Shown here: piece by piece, positions 63,997 to 64,000 of the stretch | How positions within the stretch are numbered: the first letter of the stretch is position 1 | Layout of the letters: every line of letters begins with the position of its first letter | DNA from: Octopus sinensis | Taxonomy: Eukaryota | DNA length: 64,000 nucleotides | NCBI RefSeq assembly: GCF_006345805.1 | Contig: NC_042997.1 | Location: forward strand, 40,362,001 to 40,426,000 | Direction: 5' to 3' | The notes under the pieces: model-generated | Seen by the model: the letters and a program-made list of their open reading frames with translations, nothing else | Told to the model about the DNA's origin: nothing | Databases searched by the model: none | Made by a program: the position numbers and the translations under genes

Positions 63997-64000
63997 TATT
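63531..64000. repeat. Long (AAT)n array with GAT/GAC interruptions
   Basis: Direct reading; source of the poly-I/Y/L ORFs. Confidence 0.98.

Overview
AT-rich, microsatellite-dense eukaryotic DNA. The repeat complement (tRNA-derived SINEs, abundant (TA)n/(CA)n/(CATA)n/(TATC)n/(AAT)n arrays) looks like an octopus-type cephalopod genome; this is an inference. No intact host gene exon could be recognised, and almost all ORFs in the track are microsatellite translations. The window holds many decayed mobile elements: >20 SINE copies, CR1-, RTE- and R4/Dong-type LINE fragments, two Penelope-like element (PLE) coding remnants (RT; RT plus GIY-YIG), a decayed Gypsy pol, mariner/Tc1 and pogo remnants, two complete non-autonomous Helitrons and a Helentron-type end. 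The main signal is RNA structure. About 12 hammerhead-ribozyme-like motifs lie in short PLE-terminus-like elements lodged in (TA)n-rich arrays. Two type I motifs have canonical cores (36528, 56442). Several minimal type I motifs have recurrent core variants (U4C, A6U, a compensatory G3-C8 swap). Three related motifs (11263, 14644, 29824) carry the three catalytic strands in a NON-circularly permuted order with covarying helices. All folds were read by eye; none is tested. Element boundaries are approximate unless termini are quoted.
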